A stretch of DNA of 64,000 nt, from assembly GCA_964448705.1 (NCBI GenBank), contig CAYUZS010000001.1:114687-178686 (forward strand), read 5' to 3'. The first letter of the stretch is position 1. Every line of letters begins with the position of its first letter. This DNA comes from an uncultured Gammaproteobacteria bacterium. GTDB lineage: Bacteria; Patescibacteriota; Microgenomatia; UBA12405. The notes beneath the pieces are model-generated. The model was given only the letters and a program-made list of their open reading frames with translations, was not told the origin of the DNA and made no database searches. This document shows positions 1 to 9,401 of this stretch, piece after piece. The position numbers were made by a program, and so were the translations under genes.

Positions 1-895
1 ATAAAAGCTCGGAATGAGTTTGGAGGGCTAAAATAACCCACAAAATCATATCTTCATAATCATAAAGACCACGTTCCAAAAGAGTTTGTTGGTAAGATTG
101 GTATATTATCAACAAATCCCGTAGTTTAGGTAAATTGTTGTTAAGATTTTCAACGAAATCTTTGACGTTTTTCTTTAGTTCGGATAAAGAAATGACTTGT
201 GACTGGTAAAGATTAAGAAAATATTGGAGACGAATTTGGTATAGAGAATTAATTTTCGAATCGGCAGACAAAAAAGATATTAAACCGGTAATTTCCGTTT
301 CGGCTTTGGCAACAGCACGGATACCCTGCAACTTTTCGACAACCGGATAAGCAGAAACAACAAAGTCGGCAGCATATTTGATTAATTCTTCAAAACGGGT
401 AGGGGAAATATTTTCTTTTTTGAGAGTCGAGAGAGTGGAAATAATATCTTTTTGATAAAAATAGGTGAAGTTAAGATTTTTTAAGGGAGAGTCGGAGGGC
501 AGCTGATCGATAAGGGAACGGATTATTTCAATTTGAGTAATATCATCAATAGCCTCGGATTCAACAGTAGATTTAAGAAAATATTCAGGATGATCTTTAA
601 TAATAGAGTTACAAAAACCATGGAAAGTGGCGATGCGGACACTGTAAGCAGAAGAACCGATCAAATCCAAAAGACGCTGACGCATATTCAGAGCCGCATT
701 TTCAGTGAAAGTTAACGACAAAATATTACCGGGATTGATTTGGGACTCTTTTAGGATTTTTCCGATTCTAAGGGCTATAGTTTGTGTCTTGCCGGTGCCG
801 GCACCGGCAATAACCATCACCGGACCTTCAATAGCATCGACAGCCATTTTTTGTTCGGTGTTTAGTTTTTGGTACTCGGAGAGAAAATCTGACAC
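1..895 (-). CDS. UvrD/REP-family ATP-dependent DNA helicase, N-terminal part (runs off window start)
   Basis: Manual translation from GTG at 895: MSDFLSEYQKLNTEQKMAVDAIEGPVMVIAGAGTGKTQTIALRIGKIL...ILSLTFTENAALNMRQRL, giving the Q motif, Walker A and motif Ia of SF1A helicases. Missing from the ORF track because it is truncated. Confidence 0.9.
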   Translation of the reverse strand, partial: MSDFLSEYQKLNTEQKMAVDAIEGPVMVIAGAGTGKTQTIALRIGKILKESQINPGNILSLTFTENAALNMRQRLLDLIGSSAYSVRIATFHGFCNSIIKDHPEYFLKSTVESEAIDDITQIEIIRSLIDQLPSDSPLKNLNFTYFYQKDIISTLSTLKKENISPTRFEELIKYAADFVVSAYPVVEKLQGIRAVAKAETEITGLISFLSADSKINSLYQIRLQYFLNLYQSQVISLSELKKNVKDFVENLNNNLPKLRDLLIIYQSYQQTLLERGLYDYEDMILWVILALQTHSELL

Positions 896-912
896 TCACC
901 TATTTTAGCTTA

Positions 913-1374
913 TTACCACCGATCAATTATGGGTTGACGATGTTGGAAATAGTCTTCAATCCGCCTCCGGGCTGCAGGTGAGATATGAATTTGTTTTTTT
1001 AACTCGGATACCGTGAACCAGCGGGCGTCATTTAGTTCATTGTTTAAGTGATTAATCTTAATGATCGGTTTTGAATTGAGATTCAATATGTATAAATAGA
1101 TATGATCATCAAATTGAACAAGATTATAGTAAACACTCCAAGGGATCGGGTCGACATTTTCTATACCAAGCTCTTCATTAATCTCTCTTTTAGCAGCTTC
1201 TTTTGGGGTTTCATGTTTTTTAATGCCGCCACCTGGCAATGAATAGACAAAATTGTTTTTGTTTTTTACCAATAACACCTGATGACGAAAAACGATTATC
1301 ACCTGGACTCCCAGGCGTTGAGGATGAAATGTTTTTAATCGTAAATTAGCAAAATAGTTGACTATTCGAAACAC
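913..1374 (-). CDS. NUDIX hydrolase
   Basis: Nudix box PGGGIKKHETPKEAAKREINEELG. Confidence 0.9.
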   Translation of the reverse strand: MFRIVNYFANLRLKTFHPQRLGVQVIIVFRHQVLLVKNKNNFVYSLPGGGIKKHETPKEAAKREINEELGIENVDPIPWSVYYNLVQFDDHIYLYILNLNSKPIIKINHLNNELNDARWFTVSELKKQIHISPAARRRIEDYFQHRQPIIDRW

Positions 1375-1395
1375 AATGTTATATTAATCCGTTAT

Positions 1396-2157
1396 ATGAG
1401 TTCTGGTGAGTACTATAGCGTAAAAGGGGCACGATATCCAATCAGCGATCATTACGGCTATCCAGACACCTTTATTAGAAGAAGGGTTGATTGGGCTTAT
1501 CGTTTCGGCATTGATACTAGTCCTCAGTTGATAGAGGGTAGAGTAACCTTGGATATAGGATCTTGTCATGGACATGGACTGGAAAAAATTAGAAATCTAG
1601 AACCAAAATTGTTAATAAGTGCCGACAGATGGATTGATTTTCTCAAAAAACAAAGAAACAGCTTTTCAGAAATAAGTCAAGCACAATTGGATTTAAGTGA
1701 TAACTTACCTTTTGCCGATAAGTCGATAGATAGCATATTTCTATCTCATGTAGTCGAGCATTTAAATAACCCTTCTAAAGTAATACAGGAAATTTCGCGG
1801 GTATTAAAAAACGATGGAAAATTATTTATAGCCACTCCCTATAAAAAAACTGCTATACATAATAATGATGATGTACGAGTGTTTGATGAGGATTCGATAA
1901 GAAATATAATGACAAATAGTGGTTTGGATTATCATTGTAATTATTTAGATGCTAATTACAAGGCATGGAAAATTCATAGGAGAAAAATATTATTCTCGAA
2001 AATTTCGAGACTAACTGATAAGTTAAGACTTAAATATTGGATGTTGTGGGATAAGTTTATCCTCGAATCATCTGAGTTAACGATCGATGATTTTTCTGTC
2101 AGAAATCAAAGCGGTCCTACAACAATTGACTTGTTGGTAACGGCAAATAAACACTAA
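1396..2157 (+). CDS. Class I SAM-dependent methyltransferase
   Basis: TLDIGSCHGHG motif I; LPFADKSID; SHVVEHL; RVLKNDG. Confidence 0.85.
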   Translation: MSSGEYYSVKGARYPISDHYGYPDTFIRRRVDWAYRFGIDTSPQLIEGRVTLDIGSCHGHGLEKIRNLEPKLLISADRWIDFLKKQRNSFSEISQAQLDLSDNLPFADKSIDSIFLSHVVEHLNNPSKVIQEISRVLKNDGKLFIATPYKKTAIHNNDDVRVFDEDSIRNIMTNSGLDYHCNYLDANYKAWKIHRRKILFSKISRLTDKLRLKYWMLWDKFILESSELTIDDFSVRNQSGPTTIDLLVTANKH

Positions 2158-2462
2158 TTTTTTAGCTTATTACGACGAAAATTAATTTCATCGGAGCAGG
2201 ACAGAGCATCTTCACGGCTACTAAAAGAAATTATTTTTCCGGTGTCTTTAATATATTCTGAACCCAGCACAGTTTCGATCCGAAAACGATTGTTGCTGCG
2301 GGTGGCGCGAAGAAATAATTCTATTGGTGTACGATCCATATCCTGAGCAATTTGGATATCTAAAGAGTCCCTAAGTACCACCAGATGACCACTCTGCTCT
2401 GCATCGGAATCATACGAAATCTGATCAAAATAATAAAAACGAAATTCACCTATTTTTGACAT
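2154..2462 (-). CDS. Hypothetical protein, probable paralog of 2754-3044
   Basis: ORF from ATG 2462 (MSKIGEF...); aligns by eye with 2754-3044. Confidence 0.6.
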   Translation of the reverse strand: MSKIGEFRFYYFDQISYDSDAEQSGHLVVLRDSLDIQIAQDMDRTPIELFLRATRSNNRFRIETVLGSEYIKDTGKIISFSSREDALSCSDEINFRRNKLKN

Positions 2463-2524
2463 AGACAGGGATTTTATAACAAAAATCGAGAAATGCAAGA
2501 AAAAGTTAAGTAGTTTTCCGCTAC

Positions 2525-2746
2525 TTACATCCCAAAACGGCAGGAAATCTCTTTAACAACAAGATGATGTTCCGGAAATTCCTGAAGATGGACTTTAGCC
2601 TCGAGGTTAATATCCAAAACATTACCCTCAGAACTAAAATGGCAGTCGTTACAGACAACATCACCCTGACGGTTTCTGAGACGTCTGGGAGCATGGGAAT
2701 CATTTACCATTTCACCAAGTCTTTCCGGAATATATTCGATAGTCAT
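2525..2746 (-). CDS. Small hypothetical protein, possible Zn-binding (CxxC...H...H)
   Basis: CNDC...KVHLQEFPEHH; co-oriented between two paralogous ORFs. Confidence 0.5.
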   Translation of the reverse strand: MTIEYIPERLGEMVNDSHAPRRLRNRQGDVVCNDCHFSSEGNVLDINLEAKVHLQEFPEHHLVVKEISCRFGM

Positions 2747-2753
2747 ATTTTAA

Positions 2754-3044
2754 TTAATGTTTACCAGCTCTCATTTTCTCTGCCTGAGTATTGATTCTTT
2801 GGACAATACATCGAGCGTTATCTCTAGCCTTAAAAGGAATAAGGACTTCATTAATATTATTATTGGCAGGTACAATAATTTTAAGACGATTCTCTGAATG
2901 AGGATTAGTAGTGCGGGCAAAGATCGGAAGAAAATTTAATTCAAAATTTTTGGCTACTTGTTCTTCGACTCCAGGATTGAGAACAATATAAAAACCCCGG
3001 CTCTCGAAAGAACCATTAATAACCAAATATGATACTTTAGCCAT
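2754..3044 (-). CDS. Hypothetical protein, probable paralog of 2154-2462
   Basis: ORF from ATG 3044 directly downstream of gatB. Confidence 0.6.
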   Translation of the reverse strand: MAKVSYLVINGSFESRGFYIVLNPGVEEQVAKNFELNFLPIFARTTNPHSENRLKIIVPANNNINEVLIPFKARDNARCIVQRINTQAEKMRAGKH

Positions 3045-3067
3045 AAACAAGGGAGTTGTAACAAAAA

Positions 3068-4468
3068 TTATTTCAGAAGCTTTTCTAAAATTTCCTTGGC
3101 CAGCTGAGGATTGGCAGAACCTTTGGACTCTTTCATTACCTGACCGACTAAATAACTGACGGAAAAGGGATTTTTTTGGTAGTCAGCAACAGCTTTGGGA
3201 TTATCGGCCAAAACTTTTTTGGCAATTTGTTCCAAAGCACCGGTATCGGAGACCTGAAATAGGTTTTGTTCTTTAGCTAAAACCAAGGGATCTTTACCCT
3301 GATTATAAGCGTCTACAACCAACTGTTTGATGGCACTGGAAGAGAGTTCCGATTTATGATCAAAAAGATTTTTAAAATGCTCTGGATTTATTTTGTCTAA
3401 AGTAAGATCAATAGTTTTAAGTGGTCCAATTAAAAGATTGGTGACGAATTTAGCAAAATCAGGCTCGGAGGAGTTGTGAAGAGCTTTTTCGAAAATAGCA
3501 GAAAACTCGCTGTTTTCGGCCAAAAGATTGGCATCATAATCGGAAAGACCAAGAGCTTTATATTTGACAATTTTTTGATCGGGAAGTTCGGGTATAGTGC
3601 TGCGGATAGCCCCAATCTGATCCTTGGTAAAAATCATCGGAGGAATGTCGGGCTCGGGGAAATAGCGATAATCAGCACTCCCCTCTTTTTCCCGTTGAAG
3701 AAAAGTGCGGTTTTGATCGGCATCCCAACCACGGGTGGTTTTGTTGGTAGAGTTTTTTTCCAAATGATCTTCGGCAAACTGTTCTGACTGGCGGGTTATT
3801 TCGTAGTTAATAGCGTTCATAACGCCGGTTAAAGAAGCGACGTTTTTAATTTCAACTAAGGGAGTGTAGAACTGATCATCGATACATAAATTGACAGTCG
3901 GTTCACAACGCATGGAACCTTTTTCGATATCAGCATCGGAAACGCCGATATAACGGATGATTTGCTGAAGTTTTTCCAAATATTTCTTGGCCTCTGCCGC
4001 TGATTTTAAATCAGGCTCGGAAACGATTTCGACGAGAGGAACCCCGGAACGATTGAAATCAAGGAGAGTGGAGCCGTCGAGATGAACACTTTTGCCGGTA
4101 TCCTCTTCCATATGAGCACGATTAATCCGGATATCATGGCCATCAATATTTAAATGACCATTTATGGCAAACGGTTTTTGAAGTTGAGTTATCTGATAAC
4201 TCTTGGCCAGATCGGGGTAGAAATAATTTTTCCGCTCGAAAAAAGATTCCTCGTTAACAGAACAACCTAAAGCCAGGCCTAATTTAATACACCACTCGCA
4301 GGCAACAAGATTCGGCACCGGCAGAGCGCCGGGAAGGCCGAGACAAACAGGACAAGTGTGGGTGTTAGGTTCTGCGTGGAAATGCGAAGCATCGCAGCGG
4401 CAAAACATTTTTGATTTGGTTTTTAATTCGACATGGACTTCGAGTCCGATTATGGGAGTGATTTTCAT
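3068..4468 (-). CDS. gatB: Asp-tRNA(Asn)/Glu-tRNA(Gln) amidotransferase subunit B
   Basis: IGLEVHVELKTKSKMFC, RKNYFYPDL, DFNRSGVPLVEIVSEPD, DYRYFPEPD. Confidence 0.98.
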   Translation of the reverse strand: MKITPIIGLEVHVELKTKSKMFCRCDASHFHAEPNTHTCPVCLGLPGALPVPNLVACEWCIKLGLALGCSVNEESFFERKNYFYPDLAKSYQITQLQKPFAINGHLNIDGHDIRINRAHMEEDTGKSVHLDGSTLLDFNRSGVPLVEIVSEPDLKSAAEAKKYLEKLQQIIRYIGVSDADIEKGSMRCEPTVNLCIDDQFYTPLVEIKNVASLTGVMNAINYEITRQSEQFAEDHLEKNSTNKTTRGWDADQNRTFLQREKEGSADYRYFPEPDIPPMIFTKDQIGAIRSTIPELPDQKIVKYKALGLSDYDANLLAENSEFSAIFEKALHNSSEPDFAKFVTNLLIGPLKTIDLTLDKINPEHFKNLFDHKSELSSSAIKQLVVDAYNQGKDPLVLAKEQNLFQVSDTGALEQIAKKVLADNPKAVADYQKNPFSVSYLVGQVMKESKGSANPQLAKEILEKLLK

Positions 4469-5862
4469 AATTTTGGTTTTGATAATTTATATTCAGTGTT
4501 GGATTCAAAAATCTTAGCAATTTGATAAACAATGTCTTCACGTTTTTGTGGAGCCATGATTTGTAAACCAATAGGCAGTCCGATTTTATCAAAACCACAT
4601 GGAAGCGAAATACCCGGTAGTCCGGCAATACTTGATGGTTCCACCAGCATATCCTGTAGTTCTCCAAACATAGCCTGGCCTTCGGAAGCACCCTTTTTAA
4701 GAGCGGTGGTCGGAGAGACAGGACCGATGATAGCGTCAACTTTGGCAAACTGACGATCAAAATCCTGACAAATTAAAGTTCTTACCCTTTGGGCTTTATC
4801 ATAATAGGCATCGTAATAACCGGAAGATAGTGAATAAGTTCCCAGCATGATTCGCCTCTTAGCTTCCTGACCAAAATAACTTCGGTCGTGACCATAACGA
4901 ATACCATCAAAACGAGCCAAATTGCTGGAAACCTCGGAACGCTGGAGAATAGTGTAAACAGCAATTGAATATTTCGGATCCATAACATCGTCAAGTTCGA
5001 TGATTTCAGCACCTAATTTTTTTAAAGTTTCAGCTGCCGAGAGAATCGCCTCTTTTACCTCCGGTTGAACTTCTTTGGGAAAATAGGCCGAAGGAATACC
5101 AATTTTAAATCCGGTAAGATCTTTTTTTATTTCGGGGCGAATCCACGGTCCTTCTTCAATAGAAGTAGCATCAAAAGGATCATGGCCGGACATAATTTCC
5201 AGTACAGCCGCAGCATCGTCGACAGTTTTACAAATCGGACCAGGAGAATCAGTGGATGATTTCATGGCAATGACGCCATAACGGGAAACACGGCCGTAAG
5301 TCGGTTTAAAACCAACCACACCACACCATGAAGCCGGCTGGCGAATAGAACCGGCAGTTTCTGAACCAGTAGAAATAATAGTCTGATCTGAGGCCACAGC
5401 CGAGGCAGAACCACCAGAAGAACCACCGGGAAGATGTTCAATGTTCCAGGGATTAAAGGTAGTACCATAATCAGAAGTTTCCGTTGAAGAACCATGCGCC
5501 CAAGCATCCATGTTGGTTTTACCAATAATAATGGCGCCGGCAGCTTTTAATCTTTTAATAGAAGCGGCGTCATATTGGGCCAAATAATTGTCGAGTACTT
5601 TAGAAGAGGCGGTAGTCCGGATACCGAGGGTGCAAAAATTATCTTTGATGGCAATGGGAATTCCACCTAAAGGAAGAGAGAGGTCAGCATTATCGGCAGA
5701 TTTTAATGCTTCCTGTTCGGTAACAGTGACATAAGCGTTGAGGACCGGCTGAAGTTTTTTAATTTGGGCTAAACAATCAACGACCAAGTCTTTTGAAGAA
5801 AACTTTTTTTCAAGAAGTCCTTTTTTCGCTTCGGTTAATGTAAGTTGGTTGAGTGATGACAT
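4465..5862 (-). CDS. gatA: Asp-tRNA(Asn)/Glu-tRNA(Gln) amidotransferase subunit A
   Basis: Amidase signature PGGSSGGSASAV, GSIRQPASWCGVVGFKPTYGRVSRYG; ATGA overlap with gatB. Confidence 0.98.
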   Translation of the reverse strand: MSSLNQLTLTEAKKGLLEKKFSSKDLVVDCLAQIKKLQPVLNAYVTVTEQEALKSADNADLSLPLGGIPIAIKDNFCTLGIRTTASSKVLDNYLAQYDAASIKRLKAAGAIIIGKTNMDAWAHGSSTETSDYGTTFNPWNIEHLPGGSSGGSASAVASDQTIISTGSETAGSIRQPASWCGVVGFKPTYGRVSRYGVIAMKSSTDSPGPICKTVDDAAAVLEIMSGHDPFDATSIEEGPWIRPEIKKDLTGFKIGIPSAYFPKEVQPEVKEAILSAAETLKKLGAEIIELDDVMDPKYSIAVYTILQRSEVSSNLARFDGIRYGHDRSYFGQEAKRRIMLGTYSLSSGYYDAYYDKAQRVRTLICQDFDRQFAKVDAIIGPVSPTTALKKGASEGQAMFGELQDMLVEPSSIAGLPGISLPCGFDKIGLPIGLQIMAPQKREDIVYQIAKIFESNTEYKLSKPKL

Positions 5863-5864
5863 AA

Positions 5865-6161
5865 TTATTTTTTATGAATAGTAGGTGAAGTTTTAAAATA
5901 ACCGTCCTGGGTATCTTTAGCCTGAGAAAGAGCTAATTTTTGCGGTAAAGAAGGAATTATTTCATCAGGATGAGAAACGTTTATTTTGTGATTAACCTGA
6001 TAGGTAGGAGGAACATTGTCGGTATTTAATTCTTTGAGAATATCAACATATTCAGCAGCCTGAGCCAATTGATCTTTAATATAATTTTCTTCAGGTTTAA
6101 TTTCCAAACGCGAAAGTTTGGCAATATGTTGAAACTGGTCATCGGTTATAACTGTCGACAT
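5865..6161 (-). CDS. gatC: Asp-tRNA(Asn)/Glu-tRNA(Gln) amidotransferase subunit C
   Basis: HIAKLSRLEI...L.EL.T..V.PT...GYF; position upstream of gatA; likely start ATG 6161. Confidence 0.92.
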   Translation of the reverse strand: MSTVITDDQFQHIAKLSRLEIKPEENYIKDQLAQAAEYVDILKELNTDNVPPTYQVNHKINVSHPDEIIPSLPQKLALSQAKDTQDGYFKTSPTIHKK

Positions 6162-6199
6162 GATGTATTTTAACAATTAATCTTCCCAAAGCGGATAAT

Positions 6200-6223
6200 A
6201 AAAAACCCGCTTTCTGAAGCGGG
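6200..6223 (-). terminator. Intrinsic terminator (3:4 helix) of putative gatCAB attenuator
   Basis: Minus strand CCCGCTT-CAGA-AAGCGGG followed by TTTTTT, about 40 nt upstream of the gatC start. Confidence 0.85.
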
Positions 6224-6258
6224 AATTGTTTATCTGGTGACAACCAAAAATCCCCGCC

Positions 6259-6300
6259 TTAGCGGTTATTATTTTGATTGAAACGAACCAAATAAAACAT
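6259..6300 (-). CDS. Asn/Gln-rich leader peptide MFYLVRFNQNNNR
   Basis: ATG TTT TAT TTG GTT CGT TTC AAT CAA AAT AAT AAC CGC TAA; ATG lies 6 nt after a -10 box, so probably leaderless. Confidence 0.8.
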   Translation of the reverse strand: MFYLVRFNQNNNR

Positions 6301-6341
6301 TTATTGATGATAATACAAAATTAGTGGTTGTAAAGAAGATA

Positions 6342-7382
6342 TTAGCGGCGGAAAACAGAAGCACCGAAACGAAGCAGTTTCCAGCGAAGTTTATCAACTA
6401 AATTGTATAGTTTATAAAGTTTCGGGTTGATAACTAAATCATAAGTGCCGACAAACTGGACTAACTGACCGCCATATCCCTGTTTAAAACGGTGAAAACC
6501 ATAACCCTGCTCGCCTTCTTTGGCATCCGGCCCCAAACTGCCCCACATATCAAATTTTTTAAGATTCAACTTTTGGCCGAATTTAATAGTTTCCCACATG
6601 AGTAAATTTTGGGCCATTACTTCTTTGTGTTCAAATTTTGAAGAACCGTAGGGATAAAAAAGTTTATCCTGATTAACAAAAAGCATAAAGGCAGAGAGCA
6701 CCTGACCTTGATACTCAGAGAGCATAATGTGAACCATACCGGTTGGTTTTAAGATCTTCCATAAATTTTCATGGTACTGGCGGGAATGGAGATAAAAACC
6801 CTGACGTTTAGTAGTTTCGAACAATAAATCAAGATAAGTTTTAAAACCAGCAGCGTCGGTTTTTTCGTAAACCTTTACCCCATATCGATTGGCGATACGG
6901 ATGTTGTAACGGGTTTTGGAATGCATGTTGGCTAAAAGCTGATCTTCTGAGAGAGTAAGATCGACGACATACGAATAGGGATAAAAGGCTACTTTAGGTG
7001 AAACTTTTAAATCCGGAAAACTCATATCAACTTTTAAAGAAGTCGGATTATTGTTGGCATCAAAAGTTTTTTGATAAACGTCAGGCTCTAATTTCACAAA
7101 GATAGCTTTTTCGTCGATAGCAATTTTACGGATATTTTTAATCATTTCCTCATCGACCTGAGGACCACGAAGAATGGTGCCGATGGAATAATCAGTATGG
7201 GGAATCCGATGAAAACTGACCGAGTAGGCAGAAACCATTTTTTCGTTGTCGAAAACCCCAAGACGATAAATTTTATGACCTTCGTTGATTTGGAAATCAC
7301 CCCATTCCCATGTTTGAACAGGATGCTTAACTAATTTGTTATATTGGTTTTTTTCTTCGTCGTAGAGAATGCGGGTAATCAT
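6342..7382 (-). CDS. FemABX-family peptidoglycan bridge aminoacyltransferase
   Basis: Q.WEWGDF, KTRYNIR.A.R.GV, YPYGSS, NLLMWE, FDMWG, GF.RFK.GYGG. Confidence 0.9.
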   Translation of the reverse strand: MITRILYDEEKNQYNKLVKHPVQTWEWGDFQINEGHKIYRLGVFDNEKMVSAYSVSFHRIPHTDYSIGTILRGPQVDEEMIKNIRKIAIDEKAIFVKLEPDVYQKTFDANNNPTSLKVDMSFPDLKVSPKVAFYPYSYVVDLTLSEDQLLANMHSKTRYNIRIANRYGVKVYEKTDAAGFKTYLDLLFETTKRQGFYLHSRQYHENLWKILKPTGMVHIMLSEYQGQVLSAFMLFVNQDKLFYPYGSSKFEHKEVMAQNLLMWETIKFGQKLNLKKFDMWGSLGPDAKEGEQGYGFHRFKQGYGGQLVQFVGTYDLVINPKLYKLYNLVDKLRWKLLRFGASVFRR

Positions 7383-7454
7383 GTGGTAATTATAAATGAA
7401 AAAATTATTAAATACCCTTTATTTTCAAAATTCACTTAAATTTTTAAAAGAAAT

Positions 7455-9377
7455 TTAATAGATATCAGGATCATAGATAAGATCCGAGTCGTCGGATCGT
7501 TTTTGACGACGGAGATCGATAATTTTATCGACCGATTCCTCGTACTCGATTAGTTTTTGGGGAATATCCAACAAAAAACGGGAAGGTTCGTTTAGCGAAC
7601 TTTTGCCGAAAAATAGGCGTCTGGTAGCATAGGAAATATAGAGATAATCTTTGGCCCGGGTAATACCGACATAACAAAGCCGACGTTCCTCTTCGACTTC
7701 GGAATCGTCCATCATGGAACGGGAGTGAGGTAAAATCCCCTCCTCAAAACCGACCAAAAAAACGACTTCAAATTCCAAACCTTTGCTACTGTGGAGAGTC
7801 ATTAAGCGGACACCGTCACGATTTTCCTTCTTTTTATTTTTCTCCTGAAGGGAATACTCCTGCTGAACCAAGGCTATGTTTTCCAGAAAATCATTAATCT
7901 TTGGAAAGGAAGCGGCAACTGATTTTAATTCTTTAATATTTTCGATTCTTTTTTGATCTTCCTCATCTTTAAGATCGAATTTGTCCAGATAGCCGGAGTT
8001 GGTGACCAGAGACTCCAAAATCTGAAGTGAAGTTAACTTTTTAAGATCCAAATTTTTTAAGTGCTCTTCAAAAATAACCTTGCGGCGTTTACCCAGAGCT
8101 TTTTCGACACGGTCTTCTGAGATTCGATCATGACGGTCGTGGCCAAAACGGAGCATACTTAAAATGTCCTTAATTTCGGCTCTTTCATAAAATCGCAAAC
8201 CGCCAATTAGGACATAAGGAATGCTGTATCTTAAAAAAGCTTCCTCCAAAACACGTGATTGAGCATTCATCCGGTAGAGAACGGCAATCTGACGAAAAGG
8301 AATATGGAGGTTGGAATAAATAAAATTAATTTTTTGAGCGATGTATTCTGCTTCGGCAATTTCCGATTCAGCGGAAAAAATTTTAATTAAATCCGATGAT
8401 CTTTTTTCAGTGAATAATTTTAAAACCGGATGAGAAGAATTTTTGGAAATAACGGAGTTGGCAGCATCGAGAATAATTTGGGTTGAACGATAGTTTTGCT
8501 CCAAATTAATGACCGTCGCATTTTCAAAATCTGTCGTATAAGCAGTCAGGTTGTGATAATCGGCGCCGCGCCAGCCATAGATGGCCTGTGAGGCATCGCC
8601 GACCGCCGTAATTTGTTTATATTTATTAGCCAACAATTTGGTTAACAAATACTGAATTTGATTAGTGTCCTGATATTCGTCTACCAAAATAAAACGATAA
8701 ATTTCCTGATACTTGGTGAGTATTTCCGGATACTGAATAAAAAGTTCGACGGTTTTGAAAAGAAGATCATTAAAATCCAGAGCCTGAAATTCGGTTAGTT
8801 TTTGCTGATATTTTTTGTAAATTTTAGCGGCGGTGTTTTGCCAATAACCGCTGCTGCGTATTTCAGCATCAACCGGATTAACAAATTTATTTTTACAATC
8901 CTCAATATAGTACATAACTGAACTCGGCTTAAATTCCTGAGGAGTAAGGTTCATGTCTTTAAGCAACAATTTGACAATATTTTCCTGATCATCACTGTCG
9001 TAAATAACAAAATCAGGACTAATACCAAGAGAACGACCGTCGCTTCGAAGAACACGACAACAAAAAGAATGGAAAGTTCCTGCCCAAAGTTGGGAATTTT
9101 TGGATGAAGGCTTTGTGGAATTTTTCGTTTTAGCGGCTAGTGGAGAAAGCAATTTTGACATCCGTTGTTTCATTTCATCAGCAGCTTTGTTGGTGAAAGT
9201 TAACAACAAAATCTGCGAGGGAGAGGCTTGTTTTGTGGCGACAAAATAAGCCGCCCGATGGGTAAGAACTCTGGTTTTACCCGAACCGGCTCCGGCCAAA
9301 AGCAGAAGCGGTTTACCGGGAAAAGTGACAGCCTCTTTTTGAGCCGGATTAAGACCTGATAAAATTTCATCGAGCAT
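7455..9377 (-). CDS. pcrA: ATP-dependent DNA helicase PcrA/UvrD
   Basis: LAGAGSGKTRVLTHR, VDEYQDTN, VGDASQAIYGWRGA, LEQNYRST, TLHSSKGLEF, EEERRLCYVGITRAK. Confidence 0.93.
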   Translation of the reverse strand: MLDEILSGLNPAQKEAVTFPGKPLLLLAGAGSGKTRVLTHRAAYFVATKQASPSQILLLTFTNKAADEMKQRMSKLLSPLAAKTKNSTKPSSKNSQLWAGTFHSFCCRVLRSDGRSLGISPDFVIYDSDDQENIVKLLLKDMNLTPQEFKPSSVMYYIEDCKNKFVNPVDAEIRSSGYWQNTAAKIYKKYQQKLTEFQALDFNDLLFKTVELFIQYPEILTKYQEIYRFILVDEYQDTNQIQYLLTKLLANKYKQITAVGDASQAIYGWRGADYHNLTAYTTDFENATVINLEQNYRSTQIILDAANSVISKNSSHPVLKLFTEKRSSDLIKIFSAESEIAEAEYIAQKINFIYSNLHIPFRQIAVLYRMNAQSRVLEEAFLRYSIPYVLIGGLRFYERAEIKDILSMLRFGHDRHDRISEDRVEKALGKRRKVIFEEHLKNLDLKKLTSLQILESLVTNSGYLDKFDLKDEEDQKRIENIKELKSVAASFPKINDFLENIALVQQEYSLQEKNKKKENRDGVRLMTLHSSKGLEFEVVFLVGFEEGILPHSRSMMDDSEVEEERRLCYVGITRAKDYLYISYATRRLFFGKSSLNEPSRFLLDIPQKLIEYEESVDKIIDLRRQKRSDDSDLIYDPDIY

Positions 9378-9401
9378 GTTATTGAGTATAGAGCCTAAAC
9401 C

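Larger units (their letters stand above)
6200..6334 (-). promoter_or_regulatory. Putative leader-peptide transcription attenuator and promoter of gatCAB
   Basis: TTTACA-16-TATCAT promoter (6334-6307), then a leader ORF, alternative helices 1:2 and 2:3, and terminator 3:4. Confidence 0.8.

Noticed and set aside
533-908. Plus-strand ORFs 533-715 and 705-908
   Set aside because: Antisense to the truncated UvrD-like helicase on the minus strand.
6177-6341. T-box riboswitch upstream of gatCAB
   Set aside because: Leader is too short and lacks stem I and the UGGNACC T-box bulge; the leader-peptide model fits better.
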